DNA from: Chlorokybus atmophyticus | Lineage: Eukaryota > Plantae > Mesostigma and Chlorokybus algae | Assembly (NCBI GenBank): GCA_009103225.1 | Contig: RHPI01000026.1 | Coordinates: forward strand, 553,210-617,209 | Direction of reading: 5' to 3' | DNA length: 64,000 nucleotides | Shown: piece after piece, positions 51,160-64,000 of the stretch | Layout of the letters: the number at the start of each line of letters is the position of its first letter | Numbering within the stretch: the stretch's first letter is position 1 | Position numbers and translations under genes: made by a program | The notes under the pieces: model-generated | Seen by the model: only the letters and a program-made list of their open reading frames with translations | Databases searched by the model: none | Told to the model about the DNA's origin: nothing

Positions 51160-54189
<3,030 letters not shown>

Positions 54190-54997
54190 CACCTGTCCTG
54201 CGTTGCACAAGATGCAAGTGTCAGCTTAACTGGCATAGCAGCATCAAGAACGCTGGCGTCGCAGCGCTTGTGTATAGCAGCTGATGTAGTATGTAGACTG
54301 GTAGCAGTGATAGTGCATGCCGTCTGGCACCAGAGATGTTGAGGACAGGTGTGGAATTGAATTGTGCTCTCCTTCGTCTTTCGCATGTATGCCTGTACAG
54401 ATCTGAAGCCATTTCAGGGCCGGTGATAGCAGCATGCAATGCATTGCACATGGGTTCAGTCCGCGCCATACACCCGCACACAGTCATGCACTAGCGGCGC
54501 TAGTCTAGCGCGCGCAATCGTGTGTGCCTGCATGTGCGCACACGCACTCGCGTGCGTGTGTGCCAATGCACGCACACACGCATGGACACACGTGTTTGTT
54601 GCTTGGCAGATGTGTCTTGTGAGCAGCGTCTCGATGTTCTTGCGCCAATAATGTGCTGGTTGTCAACCGAAGCAGGAACAGCTGCAACAGGGCACAGATG
54701 GCAGCTGCTGCGGCAGTGGATCTCTCTCTTAGCGTTGAAAAAGCAGGTACTGATGGGCCATACGCGAGACTGTCAGTGGCTTGCTAATACTGGCCATGCA
54801 CAGTGCAGGCTGTTCCTCTACTCGCGCACTGTCTAAGCAACATGCGGAACCGTGATTGTGATTGTAATGACAAGACAGGAAGTAGACTGGACTGAAGTAA
54901 GGGATCTCAATGAGAAGGTCAGCATGGACCTGTGCAAGCAAGTTGTGCATCGAAGTAGCATATTGCTGTGCTGTGCAAGTGGCAGTGGGCGCGATTA

Positions 54998-58207
<3,210 letters not shown>

Positions 58208-58598
58208 CTACACTCCCCTAATATTACTAACTGAAAAACCACAACAAAGCCTAGCAGATATGCTGCGGTACTCTACAAGCAGCAGCAGACATGACACCAG
58301 CCCAAGCATGCGCAGCAAGCTAGGAAGAGGCAGCGCCACACACCACACAGGCGGCCAGCAGCTTACAAGACGGCGTACGGCAACCAAACAAATATACCGA
58401 TCAAACAAGCAAGCAAGCCAGCAAGCAAGCAAAGAGACAATGAGCAGCAAGAGCCAGCTAACGCCTCTCCCGCCCAATGCACCAGCACTCAGCTGAGAAC
58501 TCTTCAACGTCAAGCTTGCAGCTTTGTAACGACCGGCGCGGGTAGATTACAGCCGTCGATGGCACCAATCGGACGGCTGAGAAGCAAGCTGCATACGC

Positions 58599-60946
58599 AT
58601 GCACTGTGGCGCAGCTGCCTGCTTGCCTGGCTTGCAGTGCAGCAGCACTGGTGGGGGCGGCGGTGGCGGTGGTGGCGTTGTCATGGGTGGGGGGGATGAT
58701 TCAGGTACGGGAGTTAGTGATGGTCGGAGTGAGGCTGCCGCTGATGGCTGTGCGCCGGGGCAAACTACGTCATCGTCTGCTCCGTCGTCGTTTAGCATGG
58801 GGTTGGAGACGCACGTCGTGCCCATGAGCATGCACGCGGAGCACAGAGCCAAGCTGCGGAAGGCGCTGCTTGAGGCCATCCATGCGCAGGATAATGGATC
58901 GCAGGGGTCTGCTGTCGTCTTGCTGCAGGTATGTGCGTGTCACAAGTTCAGCTTGTCCCACGCGTGCTCAAAGCACGTGCCATCACCTCGCATTGCAACA
59001 CATGGAAGCAACATGAACTGCATTTTGAACCTACTGCAGTTTCGTATGAAGGTGCTTTGGACTCATATCATGGACAGCACGCATGGGTGGTATTGTGTGC
59101 ATTAGCAAACAGCCGCGCATTGCCGATAATTATGCATGGGCAATTGCAGTAGCTTGTTGCAGTCACATTCGCACGTGCTATGACTTTAAGCTGCACTGCA
59201 TTGCACGCATATTTTTGATCCCTCGACTCAACTGCTTCAGGTTTACAGTATCGCCTCATGCCATCAATTTATTGATGGTTTGGATGTGTAAACGCTTGCC
59301 AACATGGTGTTTGTTAATCGCACAGGGTGGACAACAGCTAACGAGGCATGAGACGGATCACGAGCCGCTTTTCAGGTGGATTGACTAGCAAAGCATCTTC
59401 GCCAATCAGTGATGCAGTCATGTTAGCAAACCGTATGCGCTTGCAGAAACCGCTGCTGGTCCTAGTATTAGACCTGCTTCTGTCTCCCAGGCAAGAGAGC
59501 TTCTTTGCCTACCTGTTTGGCGTATCTGAAGCGGACTTCTATGGTGTTTTGGTAAGCACACTTCCACTTCTAAGCAGTCACTAGTGTCATTGCTGTCGTT
59601 ATCACTGTTGTTGGCATCATAGCTGTTGTCAACAACTGGTGTTCTCATGTGCAGGACCTAACAACGGGAAGGACATTTCTGTTCATCCCGCGTCTACCGT
59701 CACAATATGCTGTCTGGATGGGTGCCATACATCCGACAACCTTCTTTCAGGTAGGAGTAGCCAACGACCACACACTGCAACAGCTGCAACATTGTGTAAC
59801 GTGAAGACATCACGTGTGCAGGAGAAGTATGCTGTGGATGCAGTGCATTATGTGGATGAACTGGCGACAGTGCTGCAGCAGTTGAGCTCCGGCAGCAGCA
59901 CAGCAACCGTCCTTTACAGGCTTCACGGCAAGAACAGCGACAGCGGGCTTTTTGCACAGCCTGCTTCTTTTGATGGCATTGACTTGTTTGCAACCGACGA
60001 CAGCCTTTTATACCCCGTATTAGCAGAGTGCAGAGTAAAAAAGACTGCAGAGGAGATACAGGTTATGCGCTACGTTTGTCGGATCAGTTCCGAAGCTCAC
60101 GTATCTGTCATGCGGCAAATCCAGCCAGGAATGATGCAGTATCAGCTGGAGAGCCTCTTCCTTCACTACATTTATACCAAAGGCGGCTGCAGACACGTCT
60201 CATACACATGCATATGCGGGACGGGTGCAAGTGGGGCAATACTTCATTATGGCCATGCTGGCGCGCCAAATGACCGACTGGTCAATGATGGCGACATAGC
60301 GTTGTTAGACATGGGCGGGGAGTATCACTGCTATGGAGCTGACATTACATGCTCGTACCCTGTCAACGGCCGCTTCACTGCAGACCAAAAGTCGGTCTAT
60401 GAGGCTGTTTTGGCCGCACAATCCGCCGTGATTGAGAGTCTTGAGCCTGGTGTCTCCTGGGTGGATATGCATCGCCTCGCTGAACGGCAAATATTGGAGC
60501 ACTTGTTGCGCGCGGGTTTTCTTAAAGGCTCAATTGAGGAGCTTGTGAGTAAACACATAGGGGCGGTGTTCATGCCACACGGGTTAGGCCATCTCCTAGG
60601 CATAGACACGCACGACGTGGGCGGGTATCCAGCTGGCACAGAGCGCATTGATGAACCTGGCATTCGCCACCTTCGCACAGTGCGCAAGCTGGAAGAGGGT
60701 ATGATCATCACCGTTGAGCCCGGCTGTTACTTCATTCACGCGCTGCTGGAGCCAGCCATGAGCAACCCTGAGACTGCTCATCTTTTTGTTGAGAAGGCTA
60801 TACGTCGGTGTTGGGACTTTGGTGGCGTTCGCCTTGAAGATGACGTGCTCATCAGAGCAGATGGGTGCGAAAATCTGACCAAGTGCCCGCGTACAGTTGC
60901 AGATCTTGAGGCTGTCATGGCGGGTGCAACATGGAACTGCATGTAA
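58599..60946 (+). CDS. PEPD: Xaa-Pro dipeptidase (prolidase, M24B)
   Basis: FRQESFFAYLFGV, HYGHAGAPND; metal-ligand motifs LDMGGEY, ADIT, PHGLGH, TVEPG, RLEDD. Gly-rich N-terminal extension; start uncertain. Confidence 0.93.
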
Positions 60947-61824
60947 GCTGACATGTGTTAGGCACAACGCATGCACTACTGTTGGACAAAAGACCGCATG
61001 CTGCATATGTGTTTAAGAGATAGTGTGCTAGATTGTGCTCGCAGTTCAGCAGCATTCGTTGATATGAGGTGGTGATAGTCCTACCAGGCGTTGCTGTCAC
61101 TCAGTATATAGATTTTACGTCAAGCAGTCACAAGCCATGCTCTAGGTGCAACGCTGTAAGCAACATGTAAGCAGGAAATACAGGGGCGCAAACATATGCA
61201 AAGCACATGCATACACTCAGCACATTGCAGGAGTGGCGCAAGACTGCAGACTGTGGTCATGTGGTGACCCATATAACGTAAACATCCTACTAATCTCACA
61301 TATGCAAACATGTGTGACATGTCATGAGACTTGTAGCAAGAAGGGAGGCGGTCAGCATGTAGTCAAGCCTACCCGTGCCCTTGTTTTGGAAGTTATGCTA
61401 ACCTGCCTATTGCGTGCGCTCGAGTGCTGCTGTGCTTGTGTGCTCTCAATTTTGCATCAGCACTGTTGAAAAGTGTATGTAGTTATAGCACATAGACAAT
61501 AAATTGTTAATTTCATTGTGTGGACATCGTGCCAGCATGTTCCCTATTATGAGTCAATCACTCTACATAGCGCGGTATGTACAGCACACTCAATGCGAGT
61601 AGTGAAGCGTAAGAGACCTTCGTGAGCCGCATGCGCTACTAGGAGCACACACCTATGAATAAGCACTCACACAAATGAAGTAGCCTGTGTCACCCCAATC
61701 CCCGCTCCTTGCATTATAGGTTACACGCAATGTTTGTTGCTTACACCCTTCTCCCCTTTCCTCTGCCTCTCCGTATTCTGCACACACGTAGCCTAGCAGC
61801 CCTTCTAGGCGTGTGCGGTGGTAA

Positions 61825-61860
61825 TTAAATAGTAGTTAAATAGTAGTTAAATAGTAGTTA
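61825..61860 (+). repeat. (TTAAATAGTAG)3 minisatellite
   Basis: Three exact 11-bp copies. Confidence 0.9.
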
Positions 61861-63297
61861 AGTACAATGTGATGTTATGGTTGTTACATTGGCACATGCA
61901 CACCCCCGTATCACATCACATCACTTACGTGCACCAGAACATGTGTCGTGCGGGGCAGCGAGGCCATATCCTTCAACAACATTGGAGCAAACACACCGGA
62001 TGGGCTCGCAAACACATGCTCGCGGCGCTAGCAGTGGCAAAGCTCGCACGCGTTGAAACGCATTGATTAACTGTACGTTGTGATGACAACAGCCAACATT
62101 TGGCTAGCATAAGCATGAAGGGTAAAGCTATGTGCCATTACCCGCAACTTCTATTAACGTGAACGCGTACATGTTGGCTGTCAGTGCTTCACCATGCCTG
62201 TCCGCACACATTGCATACATCACATACAACCCCAGACCCACATTAACTTACACATTTTCGGGCTTTTATATACAGTACGCTCTACACGGGGATACACATG
62301 CACCACCAATAAGCTGTCACGTAATGCAAACCACACATCATATCATTCCCCACCAGATTGCTTGGCCGAATAAGATATGGTCCGCGCAAACTACCATTTG
62401 AATTGCATTTTTAATAGATACAACTTCTACGTATATTAACTTGCCAACTCGTTGCGTTTATAAAGCATCAACCCTTACCATATCGTACCGATAATATGCA
62501 CACACGAATACAATTACTAATAAAAGGGGGGCATGTCACTTATGCAAGCTTTACAACATTTGGGTTTAAAATAATACTTATTTAACCATTGAGGTGAGAT
62601 GCGCGTACAAAGTGGAAATGTGTTTTGCATTTCTTGCTTCTTGCAACCTGTTATCACACAATGTTAAAAACTCACTATATCAATGTCTTACATGTCCACT
62701 GCAATTATACAATGCAACTTTTCAACATACATCGCTTTTCGCAGCTGTTTAACATCCCGTTACCACACGATGTGCTCAAATCTATAATACAATACAAAAA
62801 CATATTGTAACGAGGTACATAGAAAATATGCATGTGCGTGAAGCAACCATGCGGTAACCAAGCCAACCACATGTGCAATGCTTCATATGATGCAGATCAC
62901 TAAATGTGATCTCATTTGATGCTTAAGTGTTGCATGGGCTTTTGTAACCACGTCATGTAATAAAAGGCGCTCACATAATGCCTCCAGAAATCCCTGGAGT
63001 GTATAGGTATTCAGCCCCCGCACTTAAGGGGCGACGTAAAATCAAATGTAAAGTGAAAATTTGCATTACATGGGAACAATGTGATTTTTCGACACAAGAG
63101 TATTTTTATAATGGCATGTCGCTTGTGTTATTAATCACTTACACTTTGGATTGTATCCCTCCAACATATATTTCATTAGTTAAAATGTCAATCGATGACG
63201 GTGAATACCTTTGTACCCTGTAGTGCAAGTAAACGATGAAGCTACAATATAATACAGCGTTATATGTATATTTAGTTTTGCAGGCTTTGTGCGTGAT

Positions 63298-63313
63298 GGG
63301 GTAGTAGCTCAGA

Positions 63314-63346
<33 letters not shown>

Positions 63347-63370
63347 AGGGATCGATACCCTGCTGCTCCA
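63298..63370 (+). tRNA. trnA-CGC: tRNA-Ala (anticodon CGC)
   Basis: 73-nt cloverleaf: acceptor GGGGTAG/CTGCTCC with the G3:U70 Ala determinant, D arm GCTCAGATGGTAGAGC, anticodon stem CGCGC/GCGCG around TTCGCAT, T arm CAGGG/CCCTG. T5 Pol III terminator at 63375-63379. Confidence 0.96.
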
Positions 63371-63379
63371 GGCGTTTTT

Positions 63380-63770
63380 GGAACGTACCTATCTAGCACT
63401 TCTTGGCCAGAACGGCGTCTTCTGAATGCGCCGACCGGCGAGGGTTTTGTTGCCTTGGCTTCCCACATTAATAATTGGAACATACATGTCTAACACTTCT
63501 TGGCCCTAGAACGGCGTCTTCTGAATGCGCCGACCGGCGAGGGTTTTGTTGCCTTGGCTTCCCACATTAATAATTGGAACATACCTATCTAGCACTTCTT
63601 GGCCAGAACGGCGTCTTCTGAATGCGCCGACCGGCGAGGGTTTTGTTGCCTTGGCTTCCCACATTAATAATTGGAACATACATGTCTAACACTTCTTGGC
63701 CCTAGAACGGCGTCTTCTGAATGCGCCGACCGGCAAGGGTGTTGTTTCCTTGGCTTCCCACATTAATAAT
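63380..63770 (+). repeat. Four-copy tandem array of alternating 97/99-bp units (ABAB)
   Basis: Units start at 63380, 63477, 63576 and 63673. A units carry cctatctagcac..ggccagaac; B units carry catgtctaacac..ggccctagaac. Confidence 0.95.
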
Positions 63771-64000
63771 CAGGCATGTTTCATTAGCGGTTGCCTCACG
63801 TGGCCCATGAGGCAGCCGGCAGGAGAAACGGAGCAGGGCCCTTTGGATTCCCGGACAGACAAGCGTTTCGTGATCTTGGAGGCCGCTCTTATAACGGGTG
63901 CAGGATCCTTACTGTACAGAACGTGACGTCGTTACTAACGTCACCAACGTGTGTTTTGGTATCGTTTAGGAACGTAATACGAGAAGGTGCGAAGTGTCCT

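Noticed and set aside
63298-63480. Plant-type dicistronic tRNA-snoRNA gene
   Set aside because: A T5 terminator follows the tRNA and no C box (RTGATGA) is visible in the repeat unit.
63380-63770. CRISPR array
   Set aside because: Units are near-identical over their whole length with no unique spacers; no cas genes; eukaryotic context.
63380-63770. Hammerhead ribozyme in Penelope pLTR-like repeats
   Set aside because: No CTGA(T/N)GA plus GAAA core on either strand.

Overview
Eukaryotic nuclear DNA, gene-dense, with many short (mostly 70-300 nt) GT-AG introns, so most six-frame ORFs are exon fragments or noise. Plant-type proteasome beta6, RuvBL1, tRNA-Ala and SUT sequences point to the green lineage. 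An early-diverging streptophyte alga (Chlorokybus-like) is my best guess; this is inference. Eleven intron-containing genes can be reconstructed: sucrose transporter A (+), an alpha2delta/CACHD1-like VWA+dCache membrane protein (+), a large ARM-repeat protein (-), NOL9 (-), proteasome beta6 (+), sucrose transporter B (-, inverted paralogue of A), a bacterial-type NYN nuclease with three OST-HTH domains (-), LisH-WD40 (+), a SpoU methyltransferase (-), alanine aminotransferase (+) and RuvBL1 (-). A twelfth, prolidase (+), follows RuvBL1. The window also holds tRNA-Ala(CGC), a decayed Ty3/Gypsy element with a 5-bp TSD, Penelope-like and CRE-like remnants, perfect hairpins, a palindrome cluster and an ABAB 97/99-bp array behind the tRNA. 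The best leads are the compact alpha2delta-like protein with an amino-acid-sensing motif and a broken MIDAS, the NYN-3xLOTUS RNase with a possible transit peptide, and the diverging SUT pair. Gene models were spliced by eye; no database searches were run.
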